A stretch of 64,000 nt of DNA from Eutreptiella sp. 'Long Island Sound 2002' (taxonomy: Eukaryota; Protista; Euglenida). The notes below the pieces were generated by a model. It had not been told where the DNA came from, made no database searches, and saw only the letters and a program-made list of their open reading frames with translations. Both the position numbers and the translations under genes were made by a program. The stretch is from contig OZ038379.1 in the NCBI GenBank assembly GCA_964036045.1, positions 2,976,001 through 3,040,000 of the forward strand, written 5' to 3'. This document shows positions 24,001-34,147 of this stretch, one piece after another (position 1 is the first letter of the stretch; each line of letters starts with the position of its first letter).

Positions 24001-26188
24001 TACTCCCGTGTCAGAGGCATATGGTCATCGCTGCCACTCTCTCAGTGCATTGTTTTCCCTTGCTGCACCGCAGCGCAAACCAGACCAGTGCCGAATGTTG
24101 CCTTGAGTTCACCACTGGAGGTGTTGATCTGCGGGGGTTGGCACGAGGCCATGGTGCTGGTTTGTTTCCCTTCGGCGGCGCCTATTGGCCTCTCGCCACT
24201 GCACATCCCGACCCTCTGTGGGTCCGAACGTGTTCTGGTTCTGTCAACGGAGCCCCTGGATGACTTGTCCTGTTTGACTACCAGGAGGGGAAAATTTTTA
24301 AGAGGTTTTTTTTTCGGATGACCAAAATTAAAGGGGTAAAAAATTGGTATTGCTCCTTAGAAATGAAGGAAAAATTTGGTATGCGGCCCCTTGCTGCTAC
24401 TTCCTAGTGGATGAAATTCCGTTACGGGCATACTCTTGTGCACAGGCAACTCGTTTTTCAACAGACCAGTCAGCCCATTCTTTCTTCTTGTATGATTCTC
24501 TGGTCTTCCCTTTGCACTGTGATGCATGGTACTGTTGCGCTGCTTGCTGCAACCGGCGCTGCACCTCTGAAGCCTCAACAACAGCCTTTGGTACAACAAA
24601 ACGATCCATGTCTGCGTGGGGACATGGCAAACAGGTGTACCAGTGCTGGACCACTCGAAGGCCAGTTGCAGATCACTTGGCAATTGCTCAGCCTGCTAGA
24701 TGTACACCAACGTCCACGGCAGTGCAGACCTACAGAGAACACAGTGTCAATCGACACCGCGTCTCATCTCTATGTTACCTTCCCTCCCAGGTGCAGGTGC
24801 AGGCACAGTGCAGGCAGGGGGGCATAAATACAACGTTCAGGTGACGTTCAGATGACATGCAGATGTGCAGACATAAAAAAGGCCAAAAAAAGCGAAGCAA
24901 AAAATATACCCTAAGCTGGGTTTGAACCCAGGACCCTTAGACCCCGAAACTAGCGCAACTACCAACTAAGCTACATCAAGATCTAGCAGAACTGTAACAT
25001 CAGAGTGTGCATGTCATAGTGAAAAAAAAAAGGTGTCGTTATGGCACCTTCTGGCTCAATATGGCACAAAGAATCCTTAAAATTGAAGGAAATATTTGGT
25101 ACGAGGGAGGGCTTCGAAATTTGTCCAAACAACTTTTCCCCGCGCCCAAATTTTTCCCCTCCTGGTACTCCGGGGTCAGCTGTCCCGGAGACGCGCTGTT
25201 GCCCGTGCCGTTGACCAGGTGCATCCAGATGCACACTCCGCGTCCATGCTGGGTTTGCCGACTCCGGCACTGACGTGGGCGCGCTGGGGTGTGCATCTGC
25301 AAGATCATTTTCCTGACAGGGGCTTCTAACAACCACAATGATTCTTTCCCCTTTGTCCCTTCCTTTGCCTCCTTCTGTAAGGGGAGGGGGGGTCACCACC
25401 CTTGCCAAAAGAAAATGTAAGCACAGGCCTGGGGGGGGGGGGAGCGGGGGGGGGGGGGGGCGTAATGCCCTGCACAGGTAAGCCGAGAGCCCGGCATCTG
25501 CAACCCAGTGAGGCACTCTGGGGAAGCCCAACCCCAGGTCTGTGCCTGTAACGCTGTAGCAGCCGCCAGGCTTGTTCCAGGCCTACGGGCATCCACAGCT
25601 CCTAGGCACAATCCCTCATGGGACTCGAGGGACGCAACCCGATGGCATGGCCCAGGGGTGCACTGTAGAGGCCAGACCACTGCTTTGCCACTGGAGGTGG
25701 CATCGAAGGGTGGTGCAGTACGTCTCAGTGCATTTGGTCACCCAAATTTTTCGGGGGCGGGGGGCTGGCTGACCCCGTTTGACCCACCTCGAAACCATTT
25801 CCACAGGGGGGAGGCGTTGGGTGAACATACACTCAGTCATATTCAGGCGATAACCGACGGCGGTTGGAGGGTAACCAACGGTGGTAGCATTTGTTTTGGG
25901 CGCCCCCTAACGACGCTTCTTAGCGGGTAGGGGGGGGGGGGCAAACAGGGGGTGATAAAGGAGCGGCCTGGGGCATACCCCCTCTTCATAAATGTCCTCT
26001 TGGCTGTTGTCCCGGTCCCAAATGTAGTCGAAGGTGAACGCCTGCCGCTTCGCCTGCACTTGGCCACTGCCGACGTTCGAGAGCATGACGGTGCAGTCAT
26101 CGAACTTGACGGCCGCTTCGATGTCGAACTTCTCATTGTTCTTGTCGATCTGCGGGCGCACCCGGACGCCCACTTTGAAACGGTCCAT
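98..26188 (-). CDS. Kinesin (N-terminal motor, coiled-coil stalk, uncharacterised tail), multi-exon, 3'-incomplete in window
   Basis: Hand-joined exons (minus): 26188-25979, 23780-23520, 22466-22374, 22063-21926, 19184-18821, 15720-15640, 12879-12780, 10863-10725, 9004-8795, 7499-7185, 5155-4967, 3801-3312, 749-377, 301-247, 185-~98. All introns are GT-AG with compatible phases. Motor motifs appear in order: VGVRVRP, FTFDYIW, GQTGSGKT (P-loop), VEVYNEQ, NDASSRSH (switch I), LVDLAGSE (switch II), INKSLTALGNVV, HTPYR|DSKLT, ETLSTLYFAQKVK. In-frame TGA lies directly before the ATG. The last three exons are less certain than the motor exons. Confidence 0.9.
765..3150. repeat. Cluster of tandem/dispersed copies of a poly-G/C-containing repeat family (kinesin intron 12), spanning the assembly gap
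   Basis: Blocks AAATAGGGTGA..AAAACTGCATAAGCAGGTTGTG at ~805, ~1000, ~1800. Diverged ~690-bp duplicate at 1370-1790 and 2058-2485. Motif TTGATCTAACAAC(C)CTCT at ~1762, ~2459, ~3122, with a related copy at 18370-18570. Confidence 0.75.
1858..2057. other. Assembly gap (200 N)
   Basis: Run of N in the sequence. Confidence 0.99.
5820..6038. repeat. 85-bp tandem repeat, ~2.6 copies
   Basis: GCCCAC-NN-GTGGGC hairpin recurs at 5830, 5915 and 6000. Confidence 0.85.
8479..8690. repeat. Palindrome-bounded minisatellite
   Basis: Perfect 26-bp palindrome ATAAAACCACCCCGGGGTGGTTTTAT at 8479-8504 and a near copy at 8651-8675, with ~23-bp CCCCAAAGGGGTGGTTGTAT units between. Confidence 0.85.
11256..11522. 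repeat. 21-bp tandem repeat (TAATCCTCCTCAATATATACA) x ~12.7
   Basis: Near-perfect array with one variant unit, inside kinesin intron 7. Confidence 0.95.
11977..12245. mobile_element. hAT-type MITE (CAGGG TIRs, 8-bp TSD)
   Basis: TIR CAGGGCGGTCCTTAAG / CTTCAGGACCCCCCTG. TSD CGCAGGAG (11969-11976) / CACAGGAG (12246-12253). Internal GGTTGGC-like repeats. Confidence 0.8.
13716..14151. mobile_element. MITE-like element with long imperfect TIRs
   Basis: GGGCAACCGGGCTTTCAATTGAG(G)nTCGATAGAGCCCC near the left end is inverted against GGGGCTCTATTGA(C)nTCAGTTGAAAGCCCGCTTGCCC near the right end. No clear TSD. Confidence 0.6.
20974..21160 (+). repeat. Dispersed repeat, copy 1 (copy 2 at 43672-43860)
   Basis: CCCCCTGTGTGACATTCCGTCTGG...GCGTTCGCGGAGCCCAG is highly similar in both places. 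Confidence 0.85.
24160..24281 (+). repeat. Dispersed repeat (inverted copy at 32810-32930; partial copy ~17340)
   Basis: GGCGGCGCCTATTGGCCTCTCGCCACTGC...GGATGACTTGTCCTGTTTGACTAC, with its reverse complement at 32810-32930. Confidence 0.8.
24909..24980 (-). pseudogene. tRNA-Pro(CGG)-like degenerate sequence in kinesin intron 1
   Basis: CTTGATG-TAGCTTAGTTGG (A box)...CTAGT-TTCGGGG-TCTAA...CTGGG-TTCAAA-CCCAG (B box; T-loop 1 nt short), followed by T6-T7 runs. Acceptor, D and anticodon stems carry mismatches. Confidence 0.6.
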
Positions 26189-26212
26189 TCAGGACCACAT
26201 TGCCGGCCCAAG

Positions 26213-26226
26213 CTGCAGGAAAAGCC
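26213..26226 (-). promoter_or_regulatory. Acceptor 24 nt upstream of the kinesin ATG (putative trans-splice site)
   Basis: GGCTTTTCCTGCAG|CTTGGGCCGGCA-ATGTGGTCCTGA-ATG. Confidence 0.5.
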
Positions 26227-26363
26227 GCCGAAGGGTGGGGCCTGCCTGGCGAATGGCTGTCAGAAACCCGACACCCCCTTACATGACCCATGCCTAACCT
26301 TAAGCGAAAGCGGTCGCGTGATTCAGCCGCTGTGCACGTGACGCGAACCCCGGGCCGCATGCC

Positions 26364-26648
26364 CAGGGGTGTCCTTAACAAAAAAAAAAAAAGTGTTCCG
26401 GTTTCCCAAAAAAGCCCGCGGGCACTCCATGTGCTCAACCATGGTTGGTGGCAGTTGGCGGTTGGCGGTTGGCGGCGGTTGGCGGTTGGCGGTTGGCAAC
26501 TGGCGGTTGGTGGCAGTTGGTGGTTGGCGGTTGGTGGCGGTTGGCAGTTGATGGGAGTTGGCGGTTGGCGGTTGGTGGTCCCTTGGGGCGGTCCTTAAGG
26601 GCTGTCCTTAGCAAAAAAAAAAAATCTCGTCCCTTAAGGACCCCCCTG
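26364..26648. mobile_element. hAT-type MITE, same family as 11977-12245
   Basis: TIR CAGGGGTGTCCTTAA / TTAAGGACCCCCCTG. Perfect 8-bp TSD CGCATGCC (26356-26363, 26649-26656). Confidence 0.85.
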
Positions 26649-26829
26649 CGCATGCCTGCCCAAGGCGCTACGGTGTCAGTGACCCTACAAGCCGGATAGG
26701 ATGCAACTGATACAGGGTAACTTTACGCCGGCGTCTGGAAATCGCCCAGGGTCTCAGTCGCCGAACGAAAAATGCCTCCCACTATGCAAATGGCTTCAAC
26801 ACAGGCCCAAGGAGGCTTGTAGACCGAGG

Positions 26830-27680
26830 GCTGTTTTACTACGCACTCCAATGCGTTGGAGGTATTACGTTACTATGTTACTACGCACACCTGGGCGTAG
26901 TAATTTACTACGTTACTACGTTACTATGCGCTTGAGTGCGTAGTAATTTACTACTTTACTACGTTACTACGCACTGAAGTGCCCAGTAATGTAGAAACAG
27001 ATAGTGTCTACAGACTATTCACCAGCTTCCTGTGGTGCACGGGTAAACACTGGAGCAGGACCGTTGTTTCCACCGTTGTCCCTGATATTGGCACTTCGCG
27101 TCTACAACATGCACACAGTGTCTACAATTAGCAGACCGCGTCTGCTTGTAGCAGACAGTGTCTACAGACTATTCACCGCCATCCTGTGGTGCATGGGTAA
27201 ATTACTATGTTACTATGTTACCATGCACTCCAGTGCGTAGTAAATTACTACGCTGCTACGTTACTACGAATTCCAGTGCGTAGTAAATTACTACGTTACT
27301 AGGCACTCCGGTGCGTAGTAAATTACTACGGTACTAGGCACTCCAGTGCGTAGTAAATTACTACGTTACTAGGCACTCCGGTGCGTAGTAAATTACTACG
27401 TTACTAGGCACTCCAGTGCGTAGTAAATTACTACGCTGCTACGTTACTACGAATTCCAGTGCGTAGTAAATTACTATGTTACTAGGCACTCCGGTGCGTA
27501 GTAAATTACTACGGTACTAGGCACTCCAGTGCGTAGTAAATTACTACGTTACTAGGCACTCCGGTGCGTAGTAAATTACTACGTTACTAGGCACTCCAGT
27601 GCGTAGTAACTGCGTAACTGCGTTACTACGCACAGGAGTGCGTAGTAACGTAGTAACTCCAACACGTTGGAGTGCGTAGT
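26830..27680. repeat. Palindromic TAGTAA/TTACTA minisatellite with 35-bp units and a 183-bp higher-order repeat
   Basis: Unit CC(A/G)GTGCGTAGTAAATTACTACG(T/G)TACTAGGCACT. Unit starts at 27230(43 bp), 27273, 27308, 27343, 27378, 27413(43 bp), 27456, 27491, 27526, 27561. Confidence 0.9.
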
Positions 27681-28189
27681 AAAACAGCTCTGGTAGACCA
27701 GACGAACTGCTGCTACATGATGCTCCCCAAAGGTTTCTATGAATGTAAACCAATAATGACCCTGTACCTTGTACTTGGGGTGCACAATTGACAAGGAAGT
27801 CCCAAACTGGGCGGAACAAGGGGGCGTCGTGAACTGACCAAAATGCACAAAATTGCACGCAGAATGCCTGTTTTGCGTGCTGGAAGCTGTTTTTCACAAC
27901 CCCTAAAATTTATGGCGCTTCAACTGTAAAAAATAGGCCAAAAACCCAATCACAGGCACTATCCTCTGTTGAGTTTCTTGTCTCAAATGAGGTGTTTCAG
28001 CAGTACTGAATTCTTGTTTGAGTGGAGTTTGATGCCTGCATGTTGAACAGCAAGTGGTCGAAATTTTACGGCACTTCAGCTGTAAGATTCTAAGAAGTGT
28101 GGGTGGGAACACAAAAGAAGGGGGTGAGTGTGCAACAACAAATATACTTGGTGTTTCGGTATGCAGAGCGCACAGCGCTTCCAAGACAC

Positions 28190-29168
28190 TTGTCAACAGT
28201 GCACCACAATGTGTACGGGTTGTTGATGGTTCCCAGGAAATTGCTGCTTTTCAAATGAATCAAAAATATGCCCACGGCATAGATGGACTTGCGAAATTAC
28301 CTCCCTATTACCTGTTACTGTGGTGTCACCAATGGTGCCTCGTTGTATAGCTTTTGAGGAGGCGTGGTCTCTGAGGTTTTTGGCGATTGACTCTGGGATG
28401 TGAGGGGTGCACTTGCTGGTCAAGAAGTCTAGCCTGTAATGGATGACAACCAGGGATGTGCCAACCAAGTCATCTTGTGGCGAAGCAAAATGGCCATCAG
28501 GCTCGTTGTGGGGCTTGATCTTGGGCCCATCAGAGGTTTCTCACCACAAACCCTTAGTCACCCACACAAAAGATCTAGATCTCTCAATTGCATAGGAGCT
28601 ACCTCAGGCCCGATACTTTCTGTTCTGGTTGCCGCCAATGCGCTGCTGCTTGCTTGCAATTTGCATCCAACGAGTGCGAACTGACCATCACTTTGCTCCC
28701 AGTTACGTTTTTTTTTTACGAAGCTGCATCAGTTCTACAACAATACGAGAAAACCTACTCCGGGATGCTCACTGGCGCCAGCACAGACCTCTGGTTGTTC
28801 CGCATCAAGTGCAGCACCCCAGGGGCATTTTTCCGCCGGCACATTTGAAGGTGTGAAACCATGTGATCTGGCTTCTTTGTAACTTTCCCACAACACTCAC
28901 AAACGTAGTGTTTACCCGGGCACTCATCACAATCGCGGCAAGCATATTGTTGTACACCCACGGAGGTGGTGGTATCACGAGGGACAGTGACGCGATGAGG
29001 CATCTGAACTGTTAAAGCAAACACATCCAAATAGGTGATGCCTAGTGCCTTCAAACCCCGTAGCCCGTTCTTAACCAACGCAGAAACAAGTCGCCGGCAA
29101 ACCACAGGTGAGTATTTCCAACCAAAAAGGAGGACGACCCACCTATAGCGGTGTGCATGCACTCTCAC
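28190..29168 (-). pseudogene. Decayed transposon proteins: RT fragment, zinc finger, possible transposase N-terminus
   Basis: 29168-29013 reads RYRWVVLLFGWKYSPVVC...GITYLDVF (resembles the RT LPFG/SP and YLDD motifs, DIRS-like). This is followed by CECCGKVTKKPDHMVSH (zinc-finger-like) and stop-ridden NLRDHASSK. Family assignment is by eye only. Confidence 0.4.
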
Positions 29169-32100
29169 CCAAAAAATGCGCCGCCAACCACAAGGTAAGC
29201 GGATGGACCATAAACAGTTTGATAAATCAATTTTTTTTTCAAAGTGTCTGGTGCCTTCGACAATTGTTCGACTTTGTGCGAGATTGTGCCGGCTCTTCAG
29301 ACTCAGGGTGTGTTACCGTCCCATGTCACCTACCTGCCATCCTCGCAGAGAGGGGGCATAAGGTTATGGTTGCTTCAGTAATGCTTGCTGTGCCCTCCCC
29401 ACAGGCCACTCCTGCCTAATAGCACGAAACTGGGGGTGTGCTGGTGTGGAAGTGTAGGCCATCAGGAGCAGGAGCGAAATCAATTTTCCACAAAAAGCAC
29501 CTGTCACCAGACTCCGCCACCTAGAGCACTATACCTTGAGTGGCATGGTCGCATGGTTGCTGGGGTGGTGTGGACAACGGTGTCAGGAAGGGTGTGTCCT
29601 CGCTGGCAAATAAATGGGGCTGGAGGCCGGTATATTTGAGCCCTCCCAGTCTGGGCAACCACCATGGGGGCTTCTGCAGTTCAGTTCTAGACACCGACCC
29701 CCGCGGCGTGGGCGGGGTCCAGGAGGGGGGGGGCAGTCGAAAAATTTTCTCCGTTTTGGGGGCATTTTTGAATTCCCCATTTCATTCTGAGCATTTTGAA
29801 TGTACACAAGTGGGGTGAAATTTGGTTTTACCACTCACAACAAATGAAAAACAGTACCATATTCCAACAGATGTACCTGTGAATCAGCAAAGGCTTCCCG
29901 GCCAGCAGAAGAAGACATGTGGCACGGCATTCCCTAACTCATTGTGAGCATTTTGAATACAAACAAGTGGGGGGAAATCAAGTGTTTTGCAAATTTTCAG
30001 GGCTCAAAAAAATTTCCGGGCGCCGCTAGCGCCTAAATTGCCAGTTCTAACCAGGTGCTGACTAGTATGGGTTGGGGGGTCCAGAGGGGGGGGGGGAGGG
30101 TTGGTGTCAGGCCTCGAAGGTCAGCGCCCCCCATTGCAACCACACCAACACAACAGCATATCACAATAGCAAAAGAAAGACAATACTGTCTCCCGTAGTC
30201 AACTTTTGCCATGGCCCTGCAAAAAGCCCAGGATGATGCAGCTCCCTTTGAAAAAAAGTAATGGGTGTCACTGGCCTAGTTGTTCTCTGGGACCAGTAGG
30301 GCAGAGGCTTGCAGGGCAAAATGGCACTTGATCTCGAAAAGTCTAGTTGAATGTGATGGCATCAGCTTCCGCCATTTGCCGGAACCTAGTAGCAGAGGTG
30401 GCAATGTCGTACAGAAGAAAGCCTGATGCCACGGATGCCACTGGCTGTCATTCTTGACAAAGCAAACCGTGGAAAACGCAGAAAATCAATCTCGTGCCAC
30501 CTACGCCCGCACCAATGACCATTGGAGCCGGTTGTGATCAGCAGTCAAGCCCTGAATGAAGACTGCAAGATGAACAGAAAATGCTTTTCATTCAGTAGGA
30601 ATCAGCATTCTCAGCCGCCACATTGGTTGGACTTGGGCCAAAGACTGCGTCCAGTGAGGGGTGCTCCACAAAGGCTGGTAGGGTACCGTGCAGTACACTC
30701 GGTGTCCAGTGCCATGTCTTTTGTGACCTGCTGTTGTTGGTGGAAGTCAGTTCTGGAGGGCAGTATGCTGAAGGTGGCTCAATGGTCGGTCCTGACAGAC
30801 TGTCCCCTCCATAGACACTTTCTGCCGTTCATCCTTCATAGTCAAATGCAGCACATGTGCCCTCTTCTTAGCTGGGGTGTCCCACTATGAGCATGCTGCA
30901 CTGTGTGGGGCAGGGGTTCATATGGGATACACGCAGGCTGGAGGTGCAGTGTGTTGGGGGGCAGCGGGGGGTTGCCGTTCTGGGGTCGAGAGTGGAATGT
31001 GTGTCCTGCTGCTCACAATTGCAGCAGGACCAGACCCGTGGTTAGAAGCGTGCGTGTACGCTTGTGCACGCTTACTTTCCATGGCTATGCACGCTTACGC
31101 ACGCTTACACCCCAACACTCCGCACGCTTGTGTACACTTGGGCTCGGGGACACAGAGGTGGACCTCTTGTATAGTCATGCACAGGTTCTCTGCAGAAAAA
31201 AAATTGGCGCTGGTGGAATTTTTGTTTAAGAGCACTGTGTGCCGAAAAGGCACTTAAGGGGCTTTCAGGTCAAAAAAAAAATGTGCACGCTTGCGCACGC
31301 TTGGACGGGGAGATGGTGCACACTTACACACACTTACCACCCAACACTACGCACGCTTGCGCACGCTTAACCCTGGTCTGTGCGCACGCTTCACGGGTCT
31401 GAGCAGGACCCCTGTGACGTCCACTCCCCTGCCGGTCCGGTCCTGGCAGAGGCTTCACAGTCCGTCAATCCCAGGCCACGAAGTTCAGAGGGTGCTCTCC
31501 TGGGGGCAGCTCCCGGCCAGGAGCTGACCCCGAGGGGCGTTCAACCATTTCACGGGTTGTAGAGAGGGGAGGGGGGGAGGGTCCCGCCCTTCACTGACCC
31601 AGGGGGTTGGCGTGTCCGGCGGTCAGCCACCGGGGTCCCCAAAGGGGGGGGGGGGTTGGTGGGTACTCCAACATCCAAACCTCAAAACGATCCCCATGAC
31701 GCGCTGATCATTTTGAACATACACAAGTGGGGTAAAAATGTTTTCAAAAAAAATGTGCCCATCAGCTCAGGCTTCCATCAGCCAAGGATCCAGAGGTCGG
31801 GTCAGGGTCAAAATGTTTTTGTGTTTTTTTACCCATTGGGGCGGGAAGGGTCGCCATAGAGGCTGGGCAAGTGTGGTGGCCAGTACCCCCCGCCCCCCTT
31901 GTAATTCCCCCCCTAATGTCAGGCCGGTCCTCCCCATAGGGGGGGGGGGGGGGGTGCACTACACAATTCTAGCACGAAATGCAGCAGTTCCAATATAACC
32001 TAAACACCATTTTTCTTTGGTGCCTAGTATTTCCTATGCTTTTTTAACAAAGTGAGGGTCCCCCCCATGGGGCGGGATTGCAAGGGGGGGGATTACAAGT

Positions 32101-34147
32101 TTGTGTAGGGGCGGGGGGGTACCTCTGGGTGCACGCAGTGGTTTGAGTCTTTAGAAATATATGTGCACATTGCGTGTCCCAAACCACCGGAGAGAAGACT
32201 TCTTGGGAGGTAACAGCAGGACTGTTGTCTCTCTGCTCAAGGGTGCTGCTTCAGCCTCTTCCACTCCCAAAGCCTGCTTGGCTCCCGGGCCAGTGCTTCA
32301 AACTTGTGTTCTGGGTAGAGGAGGAGGAGGAGGCAGAGGAGGAGGGGTGTGTGTGTTTGTGAACTTTTTTCTCGGGGAGGGGCATAGTCAAAAATCCCGT
32401 TAGATTTGGAGCGTTTTGACTGCAAACGAGTTGGGGCAAAAAGACCGTTGACCACTCACCAAAAGTGGAAAACAAAGAGAGGAGAAGAGCTCGGATTTGG
32501 GCCCACACCACCTCCGCCGTCTCGGGGCGACGCTCCAAAAGAGCGTCGAGGATGGCTCCATGCCCTCTGCGAAGGAAACTGCTGCCGCCCATGTGCATGG
32601 GATGGTGGGTCTAGAGGGGAAAGGGGGAGGGGGGGACCGGGGGGGGGGGGGGTCAAGACCTGCACTGAAGGGCCACCCCGCTCCCCTGGCCCACGTATCA
32701 TTTCGCCTCCATTTGTGGCGGCCGAACTTCCTGCACAAAGTAACCCCCCCCCCCCCCCCCGCCCACGCGCGACGGACAACAGCCCGTCTCCGGGACAGCC
32801 GGCCCCGGAGTAGTCAAACAGGACAAGTCATCCAGGGGCTCCGTTGACACAACCAAAACACGTTCGGACCCACAGAGGGTCAGAATGAGCAGTGGCGAGA
32901 GGCCAATAGGCGCCGCCAAAGGCAAACAACCTAATACCGAGGCCTTGTGCCCCCCCCCCCCCCCCGTCCCACTGAACCCCACCGCCTCCCCCTCTGTACT
33001 GCTCATCGCCCTCAAGCCTTTCACCCAGCCAGTCTCTCCCATTCCTTCACTGCCGCGCTCGCCAACGGTATGCGTAACCGACAGTAACCGCACCAAACCG
33101 TTTCTCCCCCCTTTCCTTCCCCTCTGTGCTACCCAGAGCGACTGAGGGATGCATTAGAAAGAGATGGTACTTGCCCGTTCGTAGGCCGATCCTGCGGCCC
33201 AGCTGCTTCCGCCCTTTCCCACACTGCCCCCTTTGCTGACGCCATTTGTAACAAACAGTACCCGCACCAAACCGTTTTGCCAGCCCCCTCCAACCGCCTT
33301 CCTAACTGCTCCTGACGCCCCCGCTCTGAAGCCCCTCCTCTCAGAATGCACCCCCTGACCCCCCCCCCCCCTCACACAGGCCGTAAGTGGTCAGCGACTG
33401 CCGTGCAGCAAACGCAACGAGGGGTTGAGGACAGAGGTACCGCCATGCAGGACCTGCTGCGACTGCTCGTGCATGAAGAAGGTCTCCGCAAAGCCTACGG
33501 AAGGGGGAGGAGGGTAGCGCCCCTTGTGTGGAGCGCGCTTGCGACTCAGCCCCCCTCTCCGTTTCCCCAAAGGCCTGCCCCAATGGCACATTTGTAACCG
33601 AAAACTGCTCCGACACATTTTGCCAAACCCCCTCCAACCGCATTCCCAAACCGTTCTCGACACCGCGCCCCAGGCCCGCTCCCCTTCCGGTGCCTCCAGG
33701 CTCAGACCATCCTGAGCGCCCCCTTCTGCAATCCGGATTTGGCCCCAGCGCCAGGGCCGTCCCTGAAGAGCAAGGGAAAAAAAACGACGGTCGGGTGACT
33801 CGGGGTTGTGCTACATTCCACAGCCTCCACTCCACAACCTCTACACCTCAGCCACAACAATCTCCCGAAATGGAAACAGAAAACCGCGGGCTCCCAGACT
33901 GCCCCCCGACCCCCGGCCGGACAGCAGTTGCTGGTGCAGTCATGGCAGTTGGCAATCAACCACCGGCGGTCGGTGGTTCACCGACCGCCGACCAAAAGTC
34001 AGCCAGTAGCTGCCAACAGCTGGCGCCCAACCCGACCACCGTTGCAGGCAGCTGAGTGGTTAGCCACCTGGGGTTCAGGATTGGTTTGCAGCCCCGTGTG
34101 GCGTCCCACGGGCGCCCCTCCCCCCCCCCCCACCACCCACGCCGCCG

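Noticed and set aside
27230-27600. CRISPR-like array of palindromic 35-bp units
   Set aside because: No unique spacers (units are contiguous and near-identical), no cas genes, and a eukaryotic context.
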